Source: an uncultured Candidatus Saccharibacteria bacterium
GTDB taxonomy: Bacteria > Patescibacteriota > Saccharimonadia > Saccharimonadales > JALRHH01
Length of the DNA: 64,000 bases
Assembly (NCBI GenBank): GCA_964639295.1
Contig: CAZXDT010000002.1
Coordinates: forward strand, 2,609-66,608
Direction of reading: 5' to 3'
This document shows, in pieces, positions 45,496-54,591 of this stretch (its first letter is position 1; every line of letters starts with the position of its first letter). The position numbers were made by a program, and so were the translations under genes. The notes under the pieces are model-generated. The model was not told the DNA's origin, ran no database searches, and saw only the letters and a list, made by a program, of their open reading frames with translations.

Positions 45496-46269
45496 CTAAA
45501 GTATGTGTAGAACGCCATTCAATATCTGATTGGTGTTGCGCCAATCAGATACCTCGATTGAGTCAATACCATACTCTAGCACCGGATAATCGTTGCCCCC
45601 GGGCTGTAATCGGTCACCCATGAATAAAATTTGGTCCTTAGATAGGCCGAGTATGTCCATAAGCCTCCTCATGCCGTAAGCCTTATCAATACCCGGCTTA
45701 GTAATATCAATTGAGGTTCCCCCGCCTACACGTACTTCAAACTCTGGGATCAAATTTGCTACATAATCCCTGAGTTTGTTTTTCTTTTTACTCTCTGGGT
45801 CCCAAGCCTCCTTTAACTCCACACCTTTGTCTCCAAGATGTGCGACAATGTCCTGCCCAAGTGCAGAAAAAGTAATCTGACTACCCCTGTCTTCAATAAT
45901 CTCACCATAAACTTCTTTTTCACGCAGTCCTAGCTCATCAATACCCTTCTCAAGAGCGTCAATAATGCTTTTCTTCTCTGCTTCGGTAAAGTTCTCTGCG
46001 TATACTTGATCCCATTTTTGACCAACTATGTCATAGGTGTAGTATTGTGTTCCACACGTTGGCATAAGGTGTAGTTTCTGTAGTTTTTCAGGGCTAGTCT
46101 TCAAATCTTTCAGAAGCTGTGTTTCAAATTGGCCTAACTTCCCGCCAGATATAACACACACCTCAAAGTGGTCTAGCAACCTATCAAGCGTCACTGCCAT
46201 TTCGTCATGGAGAAATGATTTACTTGGTGCTAAAGTACCATCCAAGTCAAAAGCTATCAATTTCTTCAT
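45496..46269 (-). CDS. HAD-IIB hydrolase / eukaryotic-type phosphomannomutase-like
   Basis: LIAFDLDGTLAPS (the DxD motif) and GDRLQPGGNDYP are present. I chose the start at MKKLIAF (46269), 2 nt after the upstream stop. Confidence 0.8.
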   Translation of the reverse strand: MKKLIAFDLDGTLAPSKSFLHDEMAVTLDRLLDHFEVCVISGGKLGQFETQLLKDLKTSPEKLQKLHLMPTCGTQYYTYDIVGQKWDQVYAENFTEAEKKSIIDALEKGIDELGLREKEVYGEIIEDRGSQITFSALGQDIVAHLGDKGVELKEAWDPESKKKNKLRDYVANLIPEFEVRVGGGTSIDITKPGIDKAYGMRRLMDILGLSKDQILFMGDRLQPGGNDYPVLEYGIDSIEVSDWRNTNQILNGVLHIL

Positions 46270-46270
46270 G

Positions 46271-47314
46271 TTACCCGTTACCACCAAGCTGCGCTACTGC
46301 GTCCTTTACCTTCTGGCTAATGTCTTTTCGGGTCACCAGTATGCCGTTAGGCGTGTTTATAACAGCAACGTTATCTAGCCCTATAACGGCCAATGGCTTG
46401 TCACAGTAGTTCTGGACAAGTGAATTCTCTACGTCTATTAGCGCAACTTTGTCACCATGCACGCTATTGCCAGCTTCGTCACTCTCTACTGCCTTGTGTA
46501 TATCAGCAAATGACCCAAGGTCCATCCAGTCAAAGGCTGCAGGCACTACGAGCAGATCTGGTACTTTTTCAATTAGTGCATAGTCAATCGCATCGTTTTC
46601 AAACCCAAGATATACATTCTTATAGTCGTCTTCGTTTACTGTAGTTACAAGATTCTCATAGTTTTCGAGTAACTTCGGGGAGTGCTTTTGCATGTTTGTC
46701 TTGAAGGTATTGAGTGAGCCCACAAAGTAGCCACAGTTCCATAGGTAGTTGCCACTCCGTACATATTCTTGAGCTACATCATGGGCTGGCTTCTCTTTGA
46801 ATGAATGCACGTTATATACGAATAGTTCTTCATCGAAGATCCCGTCCTTCTGAATGTATCCAAACCCGGTTGCTGGATGATCAGGTTCAACACCAACGAG
46901 CACTACTCGGCCCGAACGTGCCGAAGCTTCAGACGCTACCTTAAAGCTATGTGCAAAACCTTCCCCGTCACGAATAAAATGGTCAGCAGATAGTACTACG
47001 ATCGGTTCATCGGCATCATGCTTGCCATTGATATGTGCCAGTGCAGCAACAATGCAACTTGCGGTCCCGCGCCTTGCGGGTTCGATCACAAAGTTTTCAT
47101 CAGTTAAATCTGGTAGCTGCTCTTTTATGTGGTGAGCGTGGCTTACCTCAGTAATAACATAAGTAGCATCGCTGATTCGCTTCGCACGCTCATAAGTGTT
47201 TTGTAATAACGACTTACTGTCACCGTTGATTTTCAGAAGGTGTTTTGGGTAGTCTGGGGTGGAAAGTGGCCATAAACGGGTACCTGATCCCCCAGCAATT
47301 ATCACTGTTATCAT
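46271..47314 (-). CDS. Mannose-1-phosphate guanylyltransferase-like sugar nucleotidyltransferase
   Basis: VIIAGGSGTRLWPLS is the NTP_transferase signature. The product is 347 aa. Confidence 0.85.
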   Translation of the reverse strand: MITVIIAGGSGTRLWPLSTPDYPKHLLKINGDSKSLLQNTYERAKRISDATYVITEVSHAHHIKEQLPDLTDENFVIEPARRGTASCIVAALAHINGKHDADEPIVVLSADHFIRDGEGFAHSFKVASEASARSGRVVLVGVEPDHPATGFGYIQKDGIFDEELFVYNVHSFKEKPAHDVAQEYVRSGNYLWNCGYFVGSLNTFKTNMQKHSPKLLENYENLVTTVNEDDYKNVYLGFENDAIDYALIEKVPDLLVVPAAFDWMDLGSFADIHKAVESDEAGNSVHGDKVALIDVENSLVQNYCDKPLAVIGLDNVAVINTPNGILVTRKDISQKVKDAVAQLGGNG

Positions 47315-47447
47315 GCGTCTATTCTACCAAGCTCCCCCTCATAAGCCCAACTGTAGATTTAATTGCACAACACACATAGGCATACATTTTACGAACATCT
47401 ATTGCCCACCCCTACAGTCATTTGGTATACTTATGTCAGGATAAGTC

Positions 47448-48008
47448 ATGAAAAAACAAAAAAAATCCACATACGATAGTAAAAAGATACTGGTAGTCAT
47501 TGTAGTCGCCACTCTAGTAGTCGCAATTGCATGGTTCTTTATTACAAGAAACTCCCAGCCCCCAAGTGGGCAGGCTACTAATGGCCAGAACCAACCCGGT
47601 ACAGAAAAGCTTGATATGTCACCTGCTACCGATAAAGACAAAAAAGATGCCGAGAGCACTAAAGATACAATTATTAAGAAGGATGAACAAACAGCGCAAC
47701 CACAAACCGGGAGTAAAACAGTTACACCGACAATTATTGATGCTGGACAGTATGATCAAAGTATTGAGGTAAGAGCTTTCATAGGTAGCGTGTACGAGGA
47801 TGGCGGAACATGTGTATTTACCTTTAAGTCCAGCAGTCAAACCATTACAAAGAGCAGCCCAGGGCTCAAAGATGCAACAACGACCAGATGTACTAATATC
47901 AGCGTCCCCAAAAGTGAGTTTTCTAATGGCTCTTGGTCCGTCGTAGTCTCATACTCATCTACAACCGCCAGTGGTAGCTCTACAGCAAAGGTATTTGAAG
48001 TTAAATGA
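47448..48008 (+). CDS. Membrane-anchored hypothetical protein
   Basis: A Lys-rich N-terminus is followed by the TM helix ILVVIVVATLVVAIAWFFI. It overlaps the next gene by 4 nt (ATGA). Confidence 0.65.
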   Translation: MKKQKKSTYDSKKILVVIVVATLVVAIAWFFITRNSQPPSGQATNGQNQPGTEKLDMSPATDKDKKDAESTKDTIIKKDEQTAQPQTGSKTVTPTIIDAGQYDQSIEVRAFIGSVYEDGGTCVFTFKSSSQTITKSSPGLKDATTTRCTNISVPKSEFSNGSWSVVVSYSSTTASGSSTAKVFEVK

Positions 48009-50008
48009 TCCTTACTAACAATGTCAAAAGGGTAACTCTCGGGACTATGATAATAGTCTCTTGTTTGGTATTCATCTCCTCTACTCTGGCATCAGCACTG
48101 TCGGGGGCAGATTTCCAAGCCGGCCGCATTACTGATGATGGAGTATTTTTTAATGCAGGGTCGTTAACAACTTCAGATATCCAGGCTTTCCTAAGTGCAA
48201 AAGTTCCGGTATGTGACACGAATGGGACACAGCCGTATGGTGGCACCACACGTGCTGCATATGGTACCAGTAAGGGGTATCCCCCTCCTTACATTTGCCT
48301 GAAGGATTATCGGCAAGATACCCCGGCAAAAGCAGCAGAGGTGGGCTTATGTAATGGAATAGTTGCAGGTAGCAATAAATCTGCGGCACAAATAATCTTT
48401 GAGGTCGCACAAAGCTGTAGTGTTAGCCCTAGAGCACTCATTGTATTACTCCAAAAAGAGCAAGCTTTGGTTACAGACGATTGGCCATGGAGCTCACAGT
48501 ATCGAAGCGCAACCGGATATGGTTGCCCCGACACAGCTGCTTGCGACAGTGCATATTATGGGTTTTTCAACCAGGTATACTCTGCCGCTAGGCAGTTCAA
48601 GAACTACGCAAGAGTTCCAAGCTCATTCAACTACATTGCTGGGCGAAACAACTACATACAGTACAACCCAAATGCCTCGTGTGGTGGCTCAACAGTATTC
48701 ATCCAGAATCAAGCTACTGCTGGTTTGTATAACTACACCCCTTACCAGCCTAATGCATCTGCTCTAAATAACCTCTACGGCACTGGAGACGGATGCGGGG
48801 CTTATGGTAACCGTAACTATTGGCGCCTTTACAACGACTGGTTCGGTTCAACATTTTCTCCCGAGTACGCTTGGGATGTAGTAAGTCAGCAATATACTAA
48901 TAATACCGCTGATATTGTGGCGGGTAGCACCACGCAAGTTACGTTAGTTGCTCGCAATACAGGCTTACAAACCTGGTATAGAGATGGCGCAAATGCAACA
49001 CACCTCGCTACATCAAATCCCAATGACAGAGCAAGCGGTTTCAACGATAGTAGTTGGTTCGGATACAACCGGCCAGCAATCTTGCAAGAGGCAAGCGTCG
49101 CACCTGGGCAGACAGGAACATTCACTTTTATCGCTAAAGCCCCGGCCTCACCAGGGCAATATAGAGAATACGTGAACCTGGTTGCCGAAGGTAGGGCATG
49201 GTTCGCCGGTCCAGCAGTTAACTTCTACTTCAATGTTCTGCCTCGAGTATTCAGCTGGCAAGTTGAATCACAATCGTACTCACCGTCAACGGCTTACCCA
49301 TTAGCTGGGAGTGAGTCGGTACTCACCTTAAAAGCAAAGAATACAGGCAATGTAACTTGGAAAAACTCTGGTCCAGGCGTGGTTAACCTAGGGACGATTA
49401 ACGAGACACTGAGCCAGTATTACCACCCTACATGGATTGGTAAGACAAGACCTGCAGCCCTACAGGAAGCAAGCGTCGCACCTGGGCAGACAGGAACATT
49501 CACCTTCCGTATTAACGTGCCCAAGAATCCGGGAGAATACCGGGAATACTTTAATCTAGTATCAGAAAATGTCGCTTGGATGCAAAATCCAAATATGAAT
49601 TTTTACCTTGGTGTTCAGGCTCGTAATTACAGTTGGAGAATAGTATCTCAGCAGTATTCCCCAAACACTGTCAACGTCAAAGCTGGTACAACGGCACAGA
49701 TCACTCTTATTGCACAAAATACCGGCAATGTTGCATGGAGCAATACGGGACCGTACCCCATACTACTTGGTACCTCAAACTTACAAGACCGTACAAGCAT
49801 ATTCCAAAATTCCAGCTGGATAGGCTATAACCGTCCGACTATATTGCAAGAGCCAAGTGTCGCCCCAGGTTCAAACGGAACATTCACATTTACCGTTAAG
49901 GCTCCTCAGGCAACTGGACAATACCGAGAATATTTTAATCTTGTAGCTGAAAACTTCACTTGGATGCCAAATCCAAACATGAACTTCTTCTTTAATGTAA
50001 CTCCCTAG
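48005..50008 (+). CDS. Secreted protein: Cys-containing N-terminal domain plus three tandem ~126-aa Ig-like (NBR1-like) repeats
   Basis: The signal-like N-terminus is MIIVSCLVFISSTLASA. Three repeats each end in SVAPGQTGTFTF...PGxYREYFNLV. The family call is from memory. Confidence 0.8.
   Translation: MILTNNVKRVTLGTMIIVSCLVFISSTLASALSGADFQAGRITDDGVFFNAGSLTTSDIQAFLSAKVPVCDTNGTQPYGGTTRAAYGTSKGYPPPYICLKDYRQDTPAKAAEVGLCNGIVAGSNKSAAQIIFEVAQSCSVSPRALIVLLQKEQALVTDDWPWSSQYRSATGYGCPDTAACDSAYYGFFNQVYSAARQFKNYARVPSSFNYIAGRNNYIQYNPNASCGGSTVFIQNQATAGLYNYTPYQPNASALNNLYGTGDGCGAYGNRNYWRLYNDWFGSTFSPEYAWDVVSQQYTNNTADIVAGSTTQVTLVARNTGLQTWYRDGANATHLATSNPNDRASGFNDSSWFGYNRPAILQEASVAPGQTGTFTFIAKAPASPGQYREYVNLVAEGRAWFAGPAVNFYFNVLPRVFSWQVESQSYSPSTAYPLAGSESVLTLKAKNTGNVTWKNSGPGVVNLGTINETLSQYYHPTWIGKTRPAALQEASVAPGQTGTFTFRINVPKNPGEYREYFNLVSENVAWMQNPNMNFYLGVQARNYSWRIVSQQYSPNTVNVKAGTTAQITLIAQNTGNVAWSNTGPYPILLGTSNLQDRTSIFQNSSWIGYNRPTILQEPSVAPGSNGTFTFTVKAPQATGQYREYFNLVAENFTWMPNPNMNFFFNVTP
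48866..50005 (+). repeat. Three tandem ~378-nt intragenic domain repeats
   Basis: The repeat units start near 48866, 49244 and 49622. Units 1 and 2 share an exact 35-nt block, gcaagcgtcgcacctgggcagacaggaacattcac (49091-49125 and 49469-49503). Confidence 0.85.
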
Positions 50009-51321
50009 ATACTTTTATCTATGGCGTTATGAATCTGTAGGTAGGTACTGTGCCATGTTTGACTCTTATACATGGCTTTGATTTGAGATTGTTTCGTAAG
50101 TAACTCTTTATCACTAGAGTACTTCACTATCTGATCGAGACAGGTTTGCGCGTCGAAAGGAGCGAAGTAGTCAATCAGATCACCAGCAATTTCAGGCATT
50201 GAAGAGGTGTTTGAAGAAATACATACTTTACCGTAAACAAGACTTTCTGCAATCGGCATACCCCATCCCTCGTATACAGAAGGGTAGACTGTAAACCTAC
50301 AGTTCTCGTATAACCAAACGAGCTGTGCATCAGTCACTCCATTAAGGATTACGATATCACCTTCTATATCAGGATCAGTTGCTACTTCAAAAAGGAGATC
50401 ATCTACAAGCCAACCCGGACGACCTACAATGACGAGTCTTGGCAGTTTAATAGACTGGAGTTTAGCTAGTTTGTATGTTTGGTACAGAAGACGGTGGTTC
50501 TTTCTCACCTCAATCGTACCGATACAGAGTATAAAGTCACCGTCTGGAAGAATAGGGGGCCTTTTTGGTGAAACTCTTGATTCTAGTACATCACTTAAGC
50601 GGACGACCGTTACTGGTTTTTTGGACAGACTTGTTTCTTGAAGGAATTTTAGAATATCCTTCTTGCTTGCTTCAGAGTTAGTCAATACAACGTCCGAAAC
50701 GGATAACGCGTCAAACATGTATTCGGTATACGCTCTCGGAAACCCTGGACCAAAAAATTGTGGGTGGTACACAGGAATCATATCGTGGACAAAGTGAGCA
50801 ATCCTGATTGCAGTATGCTTTTTTATTGCTGATAAGTCGTTAATAATTGTAGGCTTGCCCCAACCAGCACCAATAATTATAACGGTGTCACCTGCTAGGA
50901 AGTGTATCAAACGATCTCGGGAGCCACCCTTAGTCCTTGTAAAACTCTCTTTCAAGGCCTTTGCACCGTAGAAACTTTTTCTAAGGATAGGTCGTGCGAC
51001 GGGAGTTATTCTTTTCCTCAGCTCTGTTGGCACATATCCCGCGTAAATATTTTTTGCACTAACGACAACTTTTAAATACTTTTCCAGGAAGGACTTCTCC
51101 ACCTCCACCGGGTCGTCGTCAGTAGTCGCTACGGGGATAACTGTAGAAAAATCAACTTCATAAAAACTATGTGAGCGTTCGTCATACCAAAAGAAACCAG
51201 CATCGTCACGTTGGCTGTACTCTTTAGCAACACTAAATATTGTTCTCGGTATACCAGTGTAGTTTCCTGTCCAGGTTATAAGATCAGTTAGATCAACCCA
51301 GTATTTCTTGTTCGCGCTCAT
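50005..51321 (-). CDS. Glycosyltransferase family 4
   Basis: YPSVYEGWGMPIAESLVYGKV is the EX7E motif. It overlaps the convergent gene by 4 nt. Confidence 0.85.
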   Translation of the reverse strand: MSANKKYWVDLTDLITWTGNYTGIPRTIFSVAKEYSQRDDAGFFWYDERSHSFYEVDFSTVIPVATTDDDPVEVEKSFLEKYLKVVVSAKNIYAGYVPTELRKRITPVARPILRKSFYGAKALKESFTRTKGGSRDRLIHFLAGDTVIIIGAGWGKPTIINDLSAIKKHTAIRIAHFVHDMIPVYHPQFFGPGFPRAYTEYMFDALSVSDVVLTNSEASKKDILKFLQETSLSKKPVTVVRLSDVLESRVSPKRPPILPDGDFILCIGTIEVRKNHRLLYQTYKLAKLQSIKLPRLVIVGRPGWLVDDLLFEVATDPDIEGDIVILNGVTDAQLVWLYENCRFTVYPSVYEGWGMPIAESLVYGKVCISSNTSSMPEIAGDLIDYFAPFDAQTCLDQIVKYSSDKELLTKQSQIKAMYKSQTWHSTYLQIHNAIDKSI

Positions 51322-52517
51322 ATTGATTCTAGCTCCTCTTTTAGTGGCCTCAACGCTTCATTCCATAAAACATCTTCAACTCTGTCTGCCGGCTTGCCCT
51401 CTGTAGCCGTGCTCCTGATGCTGCGCATTTGCTCATGGAAATCAGACTTACTTTTCGCCAGTCGGACAACCGGTAGCCCCATAAAACTCTCATAGGCCCT
51501 AAATGCATACGGTGTTGCAATGATATTTTTTCCCGACAGTAGAGCCTCCGCGGTTTTAAGGTTGGAGCCCCCGCCTTCAGTAATTGGTAGTAAAATGGCA
51601 TCGCAAACACTAATTAGAGCCGCCAAGCTAGCTTCACTGAGACGGCCCGCAACTTCTGCCCTTTTCCAAAACGTTACTTGATCTGGGCTAAGCCCCCCAT
51701 ACATCCTCTCGGCAAGATCACATACGCTTCCCGCAAGAACAACTCGCTCATCAGCCTCAAGGAAACCCAAACTAGGACCAACCATAGCCTCAAAGCCAAG
51801 CCAGTTTGGAACATGCGCACTACTAACAAAAAGGTATGTTCTGTTAATGCCTCTTTTTTTGAAATATTTTTTCCAATATCTGACCCAGTAACCAGACAGT
51901 GGTACAGATGCAATACCGTTTGGTGCTGTGACTACTTTTTTAGCACCTAAATCCATAAGAGTACTTGCATCTTGGGCACTAACAGCTATCGATAAATCTG
52001 CGTCAGTCGCGAGTAACTTCTCGTAGTTGATAATTGTCTCCACCATTCTTGTTGCCTGGTCAACAGGGATGCCAACGTTAGCGTAAATCTCTTTTTTCAT
52101 CTCATGTTCAATATTATGAGAACTGTAAATAATTCTTGGGGTCAGATTAAGTTCCTTTAGTAGCTCTTTAAGCCCTATATAAGGATAGACCTGTTCAAGT
52201 TGTATAATTTCCGGCCTAAACTTGAGAAGGACTTTTGTGAGTTTCCTCTTAACAATTAAATCTTCGCTGATTGCCTCACCACAAAGAATGTCTTCAGAGT
52301 GTGGGCTTTGCTCTATTTTTTTCAACGTGCCCTGAGATACGGCAATATCGTCAGAGCCATGTGCTGGATGTGCAACTTTATTGTATACGGCAACATACTT
52401 GACCTGGCTAAACATGGACCTGTAGAGCTGGATTATGGCGGCTACCCTCTTAGGACCACCCTGGACCGAACGTGATATGGGATATGTACCGATAACAAGG
52501 ACTTTTGAGCTCAGCAT
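51318..52517 (-). CDS. Glycosyltransferase (GT-B fold, GT4-like)
   Basis: The C-terminal part ITEGGGSNLKTAEALLSGKNIIAT resembles a GT1/GT4 nucleotide-sugar binding site. It overlaps the downstream gene by 4 nt. Confidence 0.72.
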   Translation of the reverse strand: MLSSKVLVIGTYPISRSVQGGPKRVAAIIQLYRSMFSQVKYVAVYNKVAHPAHGSDDIAVSQGTLKKIEQSPHSEDILCGEAISEDLIVKRKLTKVLLKFRPEIIQLEQVYPYIGLKELLKELNLTPRIIYSSHNIEHEMKKEIYANVGIPVDQATRMVETIINYEKLLATDADLSIAVSAQDASTLMDLGAKKVVTAPNGIASVPLSGYWVRYWKKYFKKRGINRTYLFVSSAHVPNWLGFEAMVGPSLGFLEADERVVLAGSVCDLAERMYGGLSPDQVTFWKRAEVAGRLSEASLAALISVCDAILLPITEGGGSNLKTAEALLSGKNIIATPYAFRAYESFMGLPVVRLAKSKSDFHEQMRSIRSTATEGKPADRVEDVLWNEALRPLKEELESI

Positions 52518-52528
52518 GTATTTACCTA

Positions 52529-53734
52529 TTACTTTACTAAACTTTTAACTTTTACGTCCGGTGCAATATCAAACGGTGTAGGCCTGAGCTTATGGACAGA
52601 GAATGTCGTGGCTTCATTCCACCAGTCACAAACGCGTATGTCATCACTGTGTGATGCAGCTACTGACACAAAGTATGTGCCTGTTGCAAAGATGTCCTCG
52701 AATTCCCAATCGACATCTATCTCTTGCCCGGCTTTAACTAGACCAAGTTTATGCCCTTCAATTTTCATGTTTGTGCCAATAAGCGGTGTATTGTCGCCTG
52801 TTTTCACCTGAAAACCTAGGCTAGGATCTTCAAGGTCTGCATTTGCTACGGCTGACACTTTGAGGTGGACCATGCCACTATCGTCGTCGACTTTTGCAGA
52901 AGCTGTTTTGATTGTGATCTGACCATCACCCCACCTATCACCAGCCACTTTCTTTGGGTCAGTGCCTGGCTTGACTTGCCCATCGTCAATAAATAGCTGT
53001 AAGTAGTTTTGGGCTATTTTTTCAGGGTCGCCTTGATGAGTTATTTTACCCTTTTCAATAAGTATAGCTCTATCACAATACTCTCTTATAGCACTCATAT
53101 CATGACTGACGAGAATGACAGTGGTGTTTTCTTTTTTAAGTTTCTTAAAGTAGTCGAAACATTTTCTCTGAAAGTCAGCATCTCCAACCGCAAGTACCTC
53201 ATCAATAAGCAAGATATCTGCCTTTGCCTGTATAGCAAGAGAGAAAGATAGACGGACCTGCATTCCTGACGAGTAATTTTTCAGTTTTTGATCCATAAAC
53301 CTTTCGAGTTCTGCAAAATCAACAATATCTTGATATAGCTCATCGATTTCCTTTTTTGAGAAGTTCAGCAGTGCGCCGTTTAAATAAACATTCTCGCGTC
53401 CTGTTAATTCTGGGTTAAATCCAACTCCAAGTTCAATAAAAGGGACGAGCTTTCCTTCGATCTCGACGTGGCCATCCGTAGATTGATATATGCCTGCAAG
53501 GATTTTAAGCAGGGTGCTCTTACCACTACCGTTCCTTCCAACAATCCCGACAAACTCACCTTCTTTAATGTCAAAAGAGACATCATCAAGTACTTGTTGG
53601 ACCTCGTAAGACCGAACTAATCGTTTTTTTCCGAGCACATTTACAAAGAAGCTTTTTGCGGTATTTACCTTCTCGTGTGGCAGCTTAAAACGTTTTGAAA
53701 CACTGTCAACTTTTATAACTATCTTGTTAGCCAT
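52529..53734 (-). CDS. wzt: Polysaccharide ABC exporter ATP-binding protein (Wzt/TagH-type) with C-terminal glycan-binding-like domain
   Basis: Walker A GIVGRNGSGKSTLLK, signature YSSGMQVRLSFS and Walker B LLIDEVLAVGD are present. An extra ~150-aa beta-rich C-terminal domain (DRWGDGQITI...) follows. Confidence 0.88.
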   Translation of the reverse strand: MANKIVIKVDSVSKRFKLPHEKVNTAKSFFVNVLGKKRLVRSYEVQQVLDDVSFDIKEGEFVGIVGRNGSGKSTLLKILAGIYQSTDGHVEIEGKLVPFIELGVGFNPELTGRENVYLNGALLNFSKKEIDELYQDIVDFAELERFMDQKLKNYSSGMQVRLSFSLAIQAKADILLIDEVLAVGDADFQRKCFDYFKKLKKENTTVILVSHDMSAIREYCDRAILIEKGKITHQGDPEKIAQNYLQLFIDDGQVKPGTDPKKVAGDRWGDGQITIKTASAKVDDDSGMVHLKVSAVANADLEDPSLGFQVKTGDNTPLIGTNMKIEGHKLGLVKAGQEIDVDWEFEDIFATGTYFVSVAASHSDDIRVCDWWNEATTFSVHKLRPTPFDIAPDVKVKSLVK

Positions 53735-54549
53735 TACACATCCTCCGCGAAACTACCCGAATGCTTACGGAAGTACATGAATGAAAGAACTACCGATATG
53801 GCTGCAATACCCACGGGTATGAGTCGTACCCACCAATTACCATATAAGGTTGAGATCGTGTCGGTTTTACTGGTTATCAAACAGTATCTCAGGTCTTGTA
53901 TGATCTGAGCGACTGGGCTTGCTACAAGAATTTTTGCAGCCTTATCAGGCACAAGCGAGAGCGGGTATAGAATCGGGGTGGCATAAAAAGCACCTTGCAT
54001 GATCACCTCCCATATATATCCTACATCTCTCAGCCTGACATAGAGCGCACTCAAGAAAAATGCGATAGCTAGAGAGAACATGAACAACTCAAGCACTAAA
54101 AATGGCGCCAGCAAGCCAGACAGCCGGAAGTCAACGCCATTTATAAACATAAAGAAGAGGACTATTAGAAGATTGATTGCTAAGTTTATCAATGCGGAGA
54201 AAGATCCCGCTAGTACGATTACATACTTCGGGAAGTTCAATTTACGAATTAAATCCCCCCTAGAGACAATGGACGTTACACTTCCAGTCGTGATCTCTAC
54301 AAAGAAGTTCCAAAGAACAATGCCAAGCAGTAAATAAACTGGATAATGTGGTACATCTGCGCCAATTTTCAAGAACTTAACGAAAACAATATAGAGAATC
54401 AAGAATATCGCCAAGGGCCTCAGCAACGACCATAAATACCCTAAAAAGGAACCTTGGTAGCGAAGCTTGAAGTCTGTTTTGACAAGCTGCTTTAATAAGA
54501 TTAACGAGTAGCGGTAACGCTCAGACTGTTTACGTAATATATTTGTCAC
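53734..54549 (-). CDS. wzm: Polysaccharide ABC exporter permease (Wzm/TagG, ABC-2 type)
   Basis: Six TM helices are present. It overlaps wzt by 1 nt. Confidence 0.85.
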   Translation of the reverse strand: MTNILRKQSERYRYSLILLKQLVKTDFKLRYQGSFLGYLWSLLRPLAIFLILYIVFVKFLKIGADVPHYPVYLLLGIVLWNFFVEITTGSVTSIVSRGDLIRKLNFPKYVIVLAGSFSALINLAINLLIVLFFMFINGVDFRLSGLLAPFLVLELFMFSLAIAFFLSALYVRLRDVGYIWEVIMQGAFYATPILYPLSLVPDKAAKILVASPVAQIIQDLRYCLITSKTDTISTLYGNWWVRLIPVGIAAISVVLSFMYFRKHSGSFAEDV

Positions 54550-54591
54550 TTCAGGTGTTATTATACTTGTTTCTTTATTTAGCCACTAGTC

